A DNA stretch of 64,000 nucleotides from the human T2T-CHM13v2.0 reference genome, Homo sapiens. Shown here one piece after another: positions 25,895-38,167 of the stretch. Positions within the stretch are counted from its first letter, which is position 1, and every line of letters starts with the position of its first letter. The notes beneath the pieces are model-generated. The model made no database searches. It was not told the origin of the DNA and saw only the letters and a program-made list of their open reading frames with translations. The translations under genes were made by a program, and so were the position numbers. The stretch lies in NCBI RefSeq assembly GCF_009914755.1, contig NC_060937.1. The stretch is one strand, 5' to 3'.

Positions 25895-26930
25895 CAGTAA
25901 ACTTTTTTTTTAAGTATAACAAGCATGCATAAAAGCCACAAATTATAATACAAATTTCAATGAATTTTCGCCACCAGCACCCTAGTCAAGACATGAAATA
26001 GTAACCTCCTTGGCCCCCTTTAATCATTACCCGCCCTCAGAAATAACCACTATTCTAACTTACACCATTTTATTGGTTTTGCCTTTTCCTAAACTGAATA
26101 TACGTGGACTAACTCAGTATACACTCCTTCACTGGCTGCTTTTGCTCGACATTGCTTCTGGGATTCCATCCCATGGTTCTGTGAATCAGTAGTTCATTCA
26201 TTCTTGTTGCTGTTTGGTATTCCATTTTAAAGAGAGAGAATGTGGTTTGCTTTTGTGTGTGTCTTATGTGCACTTGAGAACAGTACATGTTCCTTCTTAT
26301 TATATATACTTTACTTTTAAAAACTTTTTTTTAATAGAAATAGGGTATTACTATGTTGCTCAGGCTGGTCTGTTCTGAACTGTTGGGCTCATGTGATGCT
26401 CCTGCCTCAGCCTCCCAAAGCGCTGGAATTATGGGAATGGGTCAATGTGCCCGGCCCATTATATACACTTCAGATGAAACTTCAACATATATTAGAACAA
26501 GCTATTATTAGGTATATACAGGCTTATGACTTTCATGGCTTCCTGTCAAATTGTTCTTTTATAATTAATTAGTATCTCACTTTACCTCTATTAAGATGTT
26601 TTGTTTTTAGTGGTATTTTCTCCATATTAGTATTGCTATACTAATTTACCTTTTAGGTTGGTACTTTTACGCTCCATATTTTTAACTATACTTCCTTAAT
26701 TTTAACATTCCTGTGTAGTTTCAAGTGTGTCTATCATATATGTGACAGAATTTTATTAGATGTGATTATATCTGCCTTTTAGTTGTGTGATCTTCATATG
26801 TTGATATATACTGAGATACTGACATATTTAGAATTATTTCCATCATGTAATTTTGGTTTCTATTTATTAGCCTTTTTATACAGTATTTTCTGACTTCTGT
26901 TGGATTCAGTGTCTACACTCTCTTTTCGTT
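25895..26930 (-). mobile_element. Ancient L1M fragments
   Basis: 3' end taagtataacaagcat...ataaccactattctaact...gtagttcattcattcttgttgctg, plus degraded internal pieces. Confidence 0.6.
26325..26457 (-). mobile_element. FLAM (free left Alu monomer)
   Basis: Single ~130-bp antisense Alu monomer; ATTATATA(T/C)ACTT on both flanks. Confidence 0.85.
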
Positions 26931-26939
26931 TTGGCATGT

Positions 26940-27230
26940 ATTTTTTTGTTTTAAATTATTTTTAATTGACGAAAAGGTGTATACTTATTGTGTACAATAT
27001 GTTGATTTGAAATATGTATACATGGTGAAATGGCTAAATGCACACACATTACCACACATGCTTTTCCTTTTTGTGATGATAACAATTAAAATCTACTCTC
27101 ATGGCAATTTTCAAGAATAGAATGCATTAACTACAGTCACCATGTTGTACAATAGATCTCATAAACTTATTCCTTTCATCTAATTAAAATTTTGAATCCT
27201 TTGGCCAACATATCCCTAACACTCCTCTCA
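26940..27230 (-). mobile_element. L1MA (8/9-like) 3' end
   Basis: ttttaattgac...tgaaatatgtatac...actacagtcaccatgttgtacaatagatctc. Confidence 0.85.
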
Positions 27231-29676
27231 GTGGTTTCTGCTGAGAAATCCACTGTTTATCTAATGGAGATTCCCATATGTGTGACTTGATGCTTTTCTC
27301 TTACTACTTTGTTTGGAAAGGATCTTTTTGCATTAAATCTGTTTGGACTTCTTTGAGCTTACTGGACTTGGATATCCATCTCTCTTCCAAGACTTAAGAA
27401 GTTTTCTGCTACTATTTCATTAAATAAGTTTTCCTCACCTTTCCCCCTCTTCTTCTGGAATGCTCATGATACCAATATTTGTTCACTTAATAGTGTCTCA
27501 TAAGTCCTGTAGGCTTTCTTCATTCTTTTTTATTCTTTTTTTATTCATCTATGTGATTTCAAAAGACTTTTCTTCAAGTTCAGAAACCTTTTCTTCTGCA
27601 TTGTCTAGTCTGTTGTTGAATTTCTCATTCAAATTATAAATTGTTTTTCTGATTTCATTGTATTGATTGTGTTCATTCTCTTGTATCTCACTGAGTTTTA
27701 TTAACTTTATTGTTTTGAATTCCTTTTCTGACATTTCATGTATTTCCTTATGATTGGGGTCTATTATTATTTTCCTTTGGAGGTTACATGTTTCCTTGCT
27801 TTTTCATGGTTGATGTGTTCTTATGTTGATTTCTATGCATCTGGTGGTATAGTCATCTCTTCCAATTTTATGGAGTAGGTTTTATAGGAAAAGAATTATT
27901 CATGTAAATGGGTCTTAGGGTGTCACTTCAGTGAACTGCGTTGGCATTGGTTCTAGGTGGATGCAGTGATGTGTTCTTCACGTAATATCTTCAGCTGTAA
28001 TCCATTCAACTAATGGCAAGCTGGCTGGGCTGTTTCTCAGATTAGGGGTATGTGCAAACACACAGTGTATTGGCCAACTCAGGGTCTGGATCACTAGGGT
28101 TGGGACCATGGAGCTGTAACTCTGGCCAGGAACACAGGCACATCATTGCTCAGCTGACCTGAAGGCATGCCTGCCAGGTGCAGCTTACAGGGAAGTTCTC
28201 AGGCCTGGGTTGCATGTACAAGGCTGCTCAATTGGCCTGGGGGTATATTTGCAAGAAGCAGCCCACAGGGGTGTTTGTCAGTCCCAGAATGTAGTCACAC
28301 ACTTCTTAGCTGGCCTGGTGTGTGTGTGTTGGGGGTGGTTGACAGGGCATTTCCTCCAGCTCAGGACACAGGCGCACAGCTATTCAACAAGCCTGGGGAC
28401 ATGTCTGCTGGGGTTAGCCAATGGAATGAGCCAATTCCTCAGGTCCAGGACATAGATGCATGGCTCCTTGCCTATCCTGGGGATGTTTTTGTCAAGGGTG
28501 GCTCACACTGTATTTTGTAGGCCCAGAATATGGACACAGGGCTGCTCAGCTGGCCTGGGAACGTGTCTTCTAGGGGCATCCCACAGAGTTGCTTCTCAAG
28601 TCTGAGACATAGATTCAAGGCTGCTCACCAGCTCAAAGGCATGCCTGCCAAGGGTGGCCCATGGGGCTGTTTCTCAGGTCTGGGGTGTGGGCTTTTAGCC
28701 CTTGGATGATCCTGGGGACATGCCCTCTTAGGGTGGCCTGCAGGACTGTTTCTCAAGCCCATATTGGAAGTGCAGGTCCATTGGGAAGTCCAGGGGCATG
28801 TCTTCAGGGGCTGGGGGCACTGCAGGGCTGTTTTTTAGGTCCCGTGAGTGAGCACATAGCCATTCCACTGAACTGAGGGTGTGTCAGATGCTCAGGGACT
28901 CAGGGGTCTCTCCTGCTTGGGGGAGGGCATGCAGTGGTTTGGTCAGCTCAAGGGTAGGTTTGCTGTGGGTAGGACTGGCAGATTGTTCCTCTGGCTGGAA
29001 GTGCAGTGGCAGGGGCTGATTTCCCTGCTGTTCAAAACCACGTCACAGCCAGCACCAGGCCTAAGCTGCATAGTTGGGGTTCTGGTGTTCAGCCACCTCT
29101 GTGGGCTTGGCATAATGAAGTTGAAGCTCCAGTGCTAGAGAGGTGCAGTGGCTACTGGCTCCCAGAGCAGGGCACTCCAGAAGCAGTTCTGGTCTCAAGA
29201 TGATACTACGTTTTAGCAGCTTGGCTCACAAAGAGTGTGTGGGGAGTGGAAAGTACACACTTTGTGCTCCTAATCTGGGGCAATGCAGCTATGCGAATTC
29301 CCAGCAGCCCTCCAAACTGGGCTCAAGGCTGTGAGGACCATGGAAATCTCCTGTAGTAAGAACTGTATGTGTTTGTGGTGGCAATGGGGACTGTGGGGAT
29401 CTTCTGCTTACCTTTCTCCCACAATAGGAAGTCCCTCTTGTCTCTGGGCTGATCTGATCTTGGTGAGGAGACACGGCTACAGAACCCAGGTGTCTTCATG
29501 CTACTCTCCTGGACTTCTAATCACCACATGTGCATCTCCACTCCCCCACTGCACTCTAGCACTCTCCCTTTGACAGTCCAGTCAAATCTTAGCTGTGTAT
29601 TCATTGCTTTGGTCCTTTCTTGTAGGGGACACAAGCACCAGCTAGTCTAGTCAGCCATCTTGCTGATGTCACTCCT
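27231..29676 (-). mobile_element. L1M 5' UTR and ORF1 N-terminal part
   Basis: Minus ORF MSEKEFKTIKLIKLSEIQEN...RLDNAEEKVSELEEKSFEIT (L1 ORF1); 5' terminus GGAGTGACATCAGCAAGATGGC at ~29676. Confidence 0.85.
28149..28870. repeat. Degenerate ~78-bp tandem monomer array within the L1M 5' UTR
   Basis: CTCAGCTGGCCTGG-like starts at 28149, 28227, 28305, 28383, 28467, 28545, 28624, ~28701, ~28780. Confidence 0.85.
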
Positions 29677-31080
29677 GTCCTTATGGTTTTCATTTGCATT
29701 TATTTGATGATTAGTGATGTTGAGAATTTTTTCATATACCTTTTGGCCATTTCCTTTCCTTTCAGAAATGTATTTTCAGATCCTTTGCAATGGCTTTCAA
29801 ATCTCCTCCTTTGGAAGAGAGTTTCATAAACTCTCTTCTCCCTTAACTTCTTCAGTTTCTTGTTTCTCTTGCCACACTATCAACTCCTCCTCCCTCCTTC
29901 TCTCATTTCTTAATTAGATTATTTGTTTCCTTGCGATTCAATTGTTTGAGTTCCTTATATATTTTGAGTACCAACCCCTTATTAGATGTATGGTTTACAA
30001 ATATTGTCTTCCATTCTGTAGATGGTTTCTTCACTCTGTTGATTGTTTCCATGGCTATACAGAAGCTTTTCAGTTTGACATAATCTCATTTGTCTATTTT
30101 GCTTTTGTTGCCCATGTTTACAGGTTCATATCCAAAAAATCATTGCCTAGACCAGTGTCATGGAGTTTTCTCTTATGTTTTCTTTTAATAATTTTACAGT
30201 TTCAGGTCTTACATTTAAGTTTTAATCCATTTTGAGTTGATTTTTGTATATGGTGTGAGATAAGGATCTAACTTCATTTTTCTGCTTTTGGATATCCAGT
30301 TTTCCCAACATTATTTATTGAACAGACTATCCTTCCTACTGTATGTTCTCAGCACCATCGTTGGAAATCAACTGACCATAAACGTGGACTTTTTTTCAGG
30401 CCTCTCTATTCTACTCCATTGGTTTACATGTCTGTTTTTATGCCACTAGCGAACTGTTTTGATTACCACACCTTTGTAATAGATTTTGAAGTCAGGTAGT
30501 ATGGTGCCTCTGGCTTTGTTCTTTTTATTTGAGATTGCTTTGGTTATTTGGAGTCTGTTGTAATTCTATACAAATTTTAGGGGTTTTTTTTGTATTTCTG
30601 TGAGAAATGTAATCAGAATTTTAATAAGGATTGCATTAAATCCATAGTTTGCTTTGGGTAGTATAGAAATTTTTAACAATTTTGATTCTTTTAATCCATT
30701 AACATGTGATATCTTTTTATTTGTTTGTGTTTTCTTTCATTTCTTTTATCAATGTTTTACAGTTTTTAGTGTACAGGTCTTTCACCTCCTTGGTTAAATT
30801 TTTTCCTAAGTATTTTATTTCTTTGTAGCTATTGTAAGTGGGATTTAAAAATTTTTTAGATAGTTTGTTGTTAGTGTATAGAGCTGCTACTGATTCTTGT
30901 ATGTTGATTTTATAACTTGCAGCTTTATTGAATTCATACATTAGCTCTAACACGATTTTTGCAGGGCTTCAGGAATTTTTATACACAAGGTCATATTGTC
31001 TGCAAACAAGGACAATTTAACTTCTTCCTTTCCAGTTTGGATGCCTTTTATTTCTTTTCTTGCCTAATTGCCCTGGCTAG
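29677..31080 (-). mobile_element. L1M(A) ORF2 C-terminal portion
   Basis: Minus ORF LELMYEFNKAASYKINIQESVAALYTNN...KYLGKNLTKEVKDLY. Confidence 0.88.
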
Positions 31081-31189
31081 AGTTTAAATCTATTTTCTTG
31101 CTACTGGCTTAGGTGCTATAGATTAAATTTTTATTATTTCATAGTTTGCATTTTTTAACATGTATGCTTCTATTATTCAAGGTCCCAGA

Positions 31190-31507
31190 TAGCTCACTCA
31201 TATTCAGCTATTTGAAAAGATGTTAATAAAAGTATGTAGGTAGGCAACAACATGGGTATAAACCATACAGGATAGTGCTGAAACTTAGGAGAAGGTACAG
31301 CAGGGTTATTACTTCCCTCTAGGCCTGGAAGGGCAGAGGAAGAAAGGGTACTAGAACTGAACAAACTTGGAGACAGAAGATGCTGTGTATACTAACCTCA
31401 CTCTCCTGCCTCCCTTTAATCTTCTGAAGAGGGCTCCACTGGCACATCACTGAGAAGCCAGAAGGGAAAAGTTGGATCTAGAGAGGCAAATTGAAGATAC
31501 CCAGCAC
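31190..31507 (-). mobile_element. LTR33-like remnant
   Basis: ttacttccctctaggcctggaaggg...gaagccagaaggga...gatctagagaggcaaattgaagatacccagca. Confidence 0.55.
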
Positions 31508-31659
31508 GATCTTTGACTTGAAGTTTTTCTAACAAAATTTATGATTGTTTGGTATTTCTCTCCTTATCACAACAGAAATTTCAACACAGTTTAATGACTC
31601 ATTGGAAACTGCCCACCCGTTCCTAGTATTCTAACTGTTTTTAAGAGTTTTGGTGATAG

Positions 31660-32500
31660 CTGAACAAAAACTTGTGATTATTTGAGTGGTCAATAATTAC
31701 TTGCTGATATACTTTATCAGTTTCTGTGTTCAACATTGTTTTCTGTATCTCACATCTCTCCTCTGGGGTCACTTTTAATCTTGCTGAAGTAGTCTCTAAC
31801 AATTCTTTTAGTGAATGACAATGATTGGAAAATGCTCTTAGTATTTCCTTTGTCTGACTCTTGAATGATAGTTTGGCTAGTTATAAAATTTTAGATTGAC
31901 ACTTTTTTCTCTAGGCAATTTGAGACTATTATTCCATTGTTTTCTAGCCCATCTTGTCCTGATGAGATGTCTGCTCACTCACAGTCTGTCTTTCCCTTGC
32001 AAGTAATCTGATTTTACTCTCTGGTAACTCTTAAGCTTTTCCCCTTTCTCTTTGATGATCTGCAGCTTCACTATGGTGTGCTTATGAGTGGATTTATCTT
32101 TATTGAGCCTACATTCTATTCAGTGGGTAGCCTTCTTCAATTCCAAGATTCTCAGATATTATCTCTTCAGATATTTGTTCTTAGCCATTCTCTCCATTCT
32201 CTTTTATTGGAAATTCTAAATTAGAAATATTGATTCTGTTTTACTTTGTCTTTGTTTTCCAATTTTTTTTTGCTTATGTTTTATGTAAACTGCTCTTTTG
32301 CTTCCCTAAAGTCTTGGTCACATTGTCCCATCAAGTAAATTTAATATGGAGTAAATTCATATTCTGATTGTTGAGTTCATTAGTAGTATTTCTTAGCATT
32401 CAATTTAAATGGGTGTTTGAATTTTGGTTTTAAGAAAATAAGAAGAAAGATTTTTGTTTACTTTTCTTTGTTCTCTCTATTCCTTGTTTTGTCCCACTCT
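31660..32500 (-). mobile_element. Ancient L1M ORF1 region
   Basis: cttgaatgatagtttggctagttataaaattttagattgac; gcagcttcactatggtgtg. Confidence 0.6.
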
Positions 32501-32875
32501 GTCTCATGGTTGCCTCCCTCTAGCATCCCCTAGGACCATAGTCTAAAATAGAAGGCATGGATTTGCTGGTGCTCACAATATGCAGTGACACTCAGGATTA
32601 AATTAAGTCCCCAAGGCAATACCTAGCCATGAGGACTTGCCTTTATCTTCCTGTTCTTCCTAGGCTCATAAATGCCCAAGTCTCAGTAGCAAGCACAATT
32701 GTGTTTCAGAGTCCTTTGACAAAACAAGGAGTTTCATTCCACCTCCTGGCCTCCAGGCCCTGCTACCCCTCAAGAACCAAACTCCCAGATGCCTCTGCCA
32801 ATATTAATCTCACTGTGGCTTCTGCCTCCATCTCTTTGGGGAGTTTCTATTCTACTTCTGGTCTGTGAAAAAAAA

Positions 32876-33170
32876 TTTTTTTTTTTGATTGAGACAGCCT
32901 TGCCCTGTCACTCAGGCTGGAGGGCAGTAGCGTGATCTTGGCTCACTGCAACCTCTGCCTCCCAGGTTCAAGTGATCCTCTCACCTCAACCTCCTGAGTA
33001 GCTGGGACTATAGGCATGAGCCACCATGCCTGGCTAATTTTTGTATTTTTAGTAGAGATGAGGTTTAACCATGTTGACCAGGCTGGTCTTGAACTCCTGA
33101 GCTGAAGTGATCCACGCACATTGGCATCCCAAAGTTCTGGGATTATAGGTGTGAGCCACCACTCCCTGCC
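32876..33170 (-). mobile_element. AluJ
   Basis: Diverged antisense Alu; TSD TGGTCTGTGAAAA at 32859-71 and 33172-84. Confidence 0.93.
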
Positions 33171-33574
33171 TTGGTCTGTGAAAATTTCAATATTAAATAC
33201 CCTGGCTGTGTAATTTTTGGTTTCTGGTTTTTATATTGCATCCATCACTATAATGTTATTGGGACAAAAAGAATAATTTAAGATGTTATTTACTGTGCCA
33301 TATTTATTAACCATCTAAACTCTACCATCTTAATTTCACCCACCTTTAATCATAAGTGTTTGTCAATAAAGATTAAATGGAAGAAGCACCAAGGGATGTG
33401 CATCTATTTTTTCTGACTAATATGGAAAATATAAGCTCTAACATCTCTACTGACCACTTAGTAATTGCTATCACTTAATAAACCCCTTTTTCTGAAACTC
33501 TAGCATCCATATATTGGCCAACTGAAGAATAGCCATTTCCACTGAGTGGCTTCACATTAACTGATTTTTTTTTT

Positions 33575-34040
33575 AATTCAAGACATTTTTGGTTGTACGT
33601 GATAGAAACACAACTCTGTTGACTCCAGTAAGTCTGAGAAGAGCAAAAATTTCACTGATTCTCAAAGCTGAAAGAAAAAGAGTTTTCTGCCTTTTATCTC
33701 CATTCCTCTCAATGTGTCAGCTTTATTCTATCAGAGCAGCTTCATTCACAAGAGTGGGAAAAATGGCTGCTGGAAACTGCTATGTCTTATATCTCACAGC
33801 TTTACCAGTAGAGATAAACTCAAGACTTGTTCTCTAGACCCAAATTTAGGGATTCCAGCTTTGCTTGATTCATCTTAGGTCAGTTGAGTTGGCCACCCTG
33901 AGCCAACTAAAAGTAGTCTTGGGTGTCAGATATCTAATAACATGGCAACACTCATTCAAACCACATGGATAAAATAGGGAGGGGGTTAAAGAAAGAAGCG
34001 AGTACTAGTTTTGGCAGGCAAAAGAATACCTTTCCATCAT
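33575..34040 (-). mobile_element. Old MLT1 (K/L-like) LTR
   Basis: ttttggttgtacgtgatagaaacacaactc and aaaatggctgctgg...ccaccctgagccaa. Confidence 0.5.
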
Positions 34041-34148
34041 GGCTTTCAAATAAACATTAAAGTAAATTCAGTGGAAACAAAGATTATATCAGTCAATGTT
34101 TGACTCAGGAAAGAGAAATCACTCTGAGTAAATTAAGAATTTAATATA

Positions 34149-34424
34149 CTTTGGCAGGACGAGGTGGGCGGATCACGAGGTCAGGAGATCGAGACCATCC
34201 CAGCTAACATGGTGAAACCCCGTCTCTACTAAAAATACAAAAAAAAAAAATTAGCCGGGCGTGGTGGCAGGTGCCTTTAGTCCCAGCTACTCGGGAGGCT
34301 GAGGCGAGGCAGGAGAATGACGTGAACCCGGGAGGTGGGCTTGCAGTGAGCTGAGATTGCGTCACTGCACTCCAGCCTGGGCAACAGAGCGAGACTCTGT
34401 CTCAAAAAAAAAAAAAAAAAAAAA
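34149..34424 (+). mobile_element. AluY, slightly 5'-truncated
   Basis: gatcacgaggtcaggagatcgagaccatcc diagnostic; pure A-tail; 14-bp TSD AAGAATTTAATATA at 34135-48 and 34425-38. Confidence 0.95.
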
Positions 34425-35237
34425 AAGAATTTAATATAGGCAATTAGAAGCTTACAAAGTCATGAAACAGATGGAGTAACCAACATCAATGGAGCTGGCA
34501 TTGAACTGTTGACTTCAGGGACAAATACGACAATTAATTATATAAATGCTAGGCAATCTACACTAAAAATTTAGACTATGATTGCATGATAACTCTCTAG
34601 GTAATGCACAAATTAATAAAGTATTATCAGAAACTCTCTATTTTCTTTCAAAAAATTAAGAAGAAACAAATGCAGATAGGGAGTTACTCAGATAACAATT
34701 ATATTGAGTAATGTCTGGAATATTATCAATGACCTCTTGAATATTCAGAGTTATGTTTTGCATGTTCATTTGATTTGTGCGATGTATAATCCTGTTCCCT
34801 CAAAATAAGATCAACCATTTCCATTTTTTAATTTGCATCTTGTGTTTTTGGTGAATTACTTGAATTTTGCCTCTTTATCTTTGTATTTAAAATTAATTTA
34901 TTACAGGATACTTGCAAGAATATAGAACAATAAAATTATGTATAAAATCAACAAAGACTCAGTTGGATCAATGAGTAAGCTTCAAATTTGAGCTTTTAGA
35001 AAGCAAGGGAAAAACAAAAACATGACAAATTAGAAAAATTTTGTTATAGTAAATAATAATGCACAGGCGATCATTAAGGAAACCAAATATAGTCATTACC
35101 TGGACAACATAGTGCCTCCAAGAGAACTTGGAGATACAGATAATAAAAGTTTACTTCAGCTAACAGTAACAGAAGACTAGATAAGTCATTCCACCACTCC
35201 AGCTAAGGGTATCTTCCTTCTTTTAGACATTAAACAA

Positions 35238-35320
35238 ATTGTTTAATTGACAAAGAAAAATGGTATATATTTATTATGTACAACAAGTTGTTTTGAAATA
35301 TGTATACTTTGTAGAATCAA
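35238..35320 (-). mobile_element. Short L1MA 3' terminal fragment
   Basis: tttaattgacaaag...ttttgaaatatgtatac, the same terminus as at 26960 and 62970. Confidence 0.7.
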
Positions 35321-36868
35321 CTTCCTTTTAATAAATAACAAAATGTAAAGAATTGCTAGGTCAAAAGTATTGAAAAGAATCAAGAGACTTTAGCTCTTTA
35401 TATGGCACCTCTTTCTCTAGAAGCATTTGTCATCAAAAAGTAGCTATTCATGGACTGAGCCACAGTTGTGACAACATCCCAGAGCTGCAGGTCAATGTCA
35501 AAGAGTCCCCAGACAGCCAAGGGTTGTGTCTAAGTCAGCATGGCTGAACCAAGTTCAAATCAACTGGATGAGCAGATAATCTCAAGTCTTGGAACTGATT
35601 AAAGGAATCCTTGTTTCTAGTGCCCCCAAAAAGGAAAAAAAAAAAAAAAAAAAAAAACCTTTCCAGAGGAAGATAATGTTATCTTTTCCCTCAAAATATT
35701 TTTCAGATAACTTCATCACTTGTGTCTTCAGTGAGTAACATACTATGACAGACTACTGGAATATTTTCAGTAATTATAGCAGAATGGGCTGGGGAGGAGT
35801 ATGGAGAAGCATACACCAGCTTTAAAGCCTTCCTCTTAGACGTGAAACACATCATTTCCACTCACACTACATTGCCTAAGGTAAATCTCATAACTGCACT
35901 TGAGCTTGATAGAGTTAGGAAATGCAATTTCTCCAATAAAATAGAAACCAGAAACGGATAAGCAGTCATGCAATTTTTCAGGGCCTGCCAAATATTTATT
36001 TTCCTCTTCTTTCTCAGTGCAAATCACACTCAACCTCTCCCCAAAGGACATATCCAAAATTTCCAACCAATCACTACTCTCAAAGTTCAGGATCTCCAAG
36101 TGACGCACAACAGCCTCTACATTGGGTCTAGATCTGACTTTTGATCTGGAGATTTGATAACTAGAGACAAGGTATCGGCCCTTTACACTCCAAAAAGGCA
36201 ATGGGAAGGGATAACACCTGTACACTATCCTCTCCTGAAAGAGCAGAAATAGGAGAAGTCACTAGTAAATAACAATTCCAAAGTTACGCAGAGCATATGT
36301 GCTGAGGGGCTCGTATTCAGGGTGAGATGTGGTCTCCTCTCTGACATGACCTTCCCAGCCCATTGCTCTCTGTGCCCCTTTGCTCAGCTCTCTGAGGGGT
36401 CCTCCTTTTGTCCATTATCGTCCTTAACCACACCTTGAGAGAGCATTGAAGAAAACGCCTTCCTTGAGAGCTGAGCAGCTTTCTTAGCCAGCTTCCTTCT
36501 AGCAGAAGCATGGGTGCCTATGTGGCTTTTTAAGTACCAGCTACAGCCTCTTTTAGTCCAAGTGATGGCCCTTGGCACAACAAAATTCTCTCAAAAATCT
36601 AGATAGTTTATTACCTATTTTATTCCAGGCAATTTTCTTGTTCCATGTCCCACACCTAACATACATGCATGTATATTGTGTTTATGAGACAGAGATAGGA
36701 GAGTTACATGTTTGTCTGTTTTTCTTCAGCCATTTTATCCAACTAAAAGAATTTACTGGGAAAACCTTAATCTCTTCAGAAGTTTTAACAATGAATATGG
36801 CAACCATGCTCTTATTTTATCCTCATCTTAACGCTAAGTTTTGATTAGCCTCCACATTTATTTGTATT

Positions 36869-37078
36869 TTATTTATTTAAAACTCCCCCCTTTTTTCTTA
36901 GTCTAGCTGAGGGTTTCTCTATTTTTTCAAAAAACCAACGCTTATTTTTGTTGATTTTTTCTATAGATTTTCTAGTAGAAATAATTCTGCCTGATCTTTA
37001 TTATTTCCTTCCTTCTGCTAACTTTGGATTTAGTCTGCTCTTCTTTTCCTAGTTCCTCGAGATGTAAAGTTAGGTTGT
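36869..37078 (-). mobile_element. Internal L1 ORF2 fragment
   Basis: agtctagctgagggtttctctattttttcaaaaaacca...tctttattatttccttccttctgctaactttgg. Confidence 0.8.
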
Positions 37079-37334
37079 ATTCCAAAAATTCCTCTAGGTT
37101 TCTGTGTCAGTGGATGATGGAGCAAAAAAAAGAAAAAAAAATTCCTCAGTTTTATCTTTTAATAATTAGGTTTAAGAAACAGTTCTCTTTTCAATCCTGC
37201 AAGTACTTGAATTTACATTACCGCTATTCTTTTCCATTCTTGCTTCTTGCTTGCAAATTAGTCAGTTTTGTTCTGATTTTGTCTCTTTTAAGATCTCTGT
37301 ACCCACTTCACAGATGAAGAAAAATAACTATCCA

Positions 37335-37645
37335 GGCTGGGCACAGTGGCTCATGCCTGTAATCCCAGCACTTTGGGAGGTCAAGGCGGGCAGATCACTT
37401 GAGGTCAGGAGTTGGAGACTGGCCTAGCCAACATGGGGAGACCCCTGTCTCTGCTAAAAATAAAAATAAATTAGCTAGGCGAGGTGACGGGCACCTATAA
37501 TCCCAGCTACTCAGAAGGCTGAGGCATGAGAATCGCTTGAACCCGGAAGGTAGAAGTTGCAGTGAGCTGAGATTGCACCACTCCATTCCAGCGTGGGCGA
37601 CAGAGCGAGACTCCATCTCAAAAAAAAAAAAAATGAAACAAAAAA
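37335..37645 (+). mobile_element. AluS
   Basis: Full sense Alu. Confidence 0.95.
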
Positions 37646-37935
37646 GGCCAGGCCCGGTGGCTCACCCCTGTAATCTCAGCACTCTGGGAGGCTGAGGCAG
37701 GTGGATCACCTGAGGTCAGGAGTTCGAGACCAGCCTGGCCAACATGGTGAAACCCCATCTCTACTGAAAATACAAAAATTAGCCAAGTGTGGTGGCACAT
37801 GCCTGTAATCCCAGCTACTCCGGAGGCTGAGGCAGGAGAATCGCTTGAACCCCGGAGGCAGAGGCTGCAGTGAGCTGAGATTGCATCAGCACACTCCAGC
37901 ACTCCAGCCTGGGTGATAGAGTGAGACCCTGACTC

Positions 37936-37968
<33 letters not shown>

Positions 37969-37980
37969 GAAAGAAAAAGA
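37646..37980 (+). mobile_element. AluS inserted in the A-tail of the preceding Alu; (GAAAA)n tail
   Basis: Tandem Alu; the outer flanks AAAAATAACTATCCAG and AAAAAGAACTCTCCAG bracket both copies. Confidence 0.95.
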
Positions 37981-38167
37981 ACTCTCCAGCCACTCCAGAA
38001 GGCCCCCAGAATGTCCAGGACCAACCACAGCTCTCTACCTCCATGAGGAATTACTCTCACAGCTTTTAGAGGACTCATTTCCTTACATTATTACTGTATT
38101 GTTTTGTTATCCTAATTTACATCCCTAGATACTGTAGTTTAGCCTTCTCATTTCTTAAAATTGATAC

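Larger units (their letters stand above)
35790..38085 (-). mobile_element. Old MLT1 LTR plus MaLR internal sequence, interrupted by an L1 fragment and two Alus
   Basis: acacatcatttccactcacac...ggaaatgcaatttc (LTR), then cacactcaacctctccccaaagg...ctcaaagttcaggatctc (internal). Confidence 0.5.

Noticed and set aside
28167-29573. Cluster of overlapping 60-117 aa ORFs
   Set aside because: Explained by the GC-rich L1 5' UTR monomer array; no domain similarity
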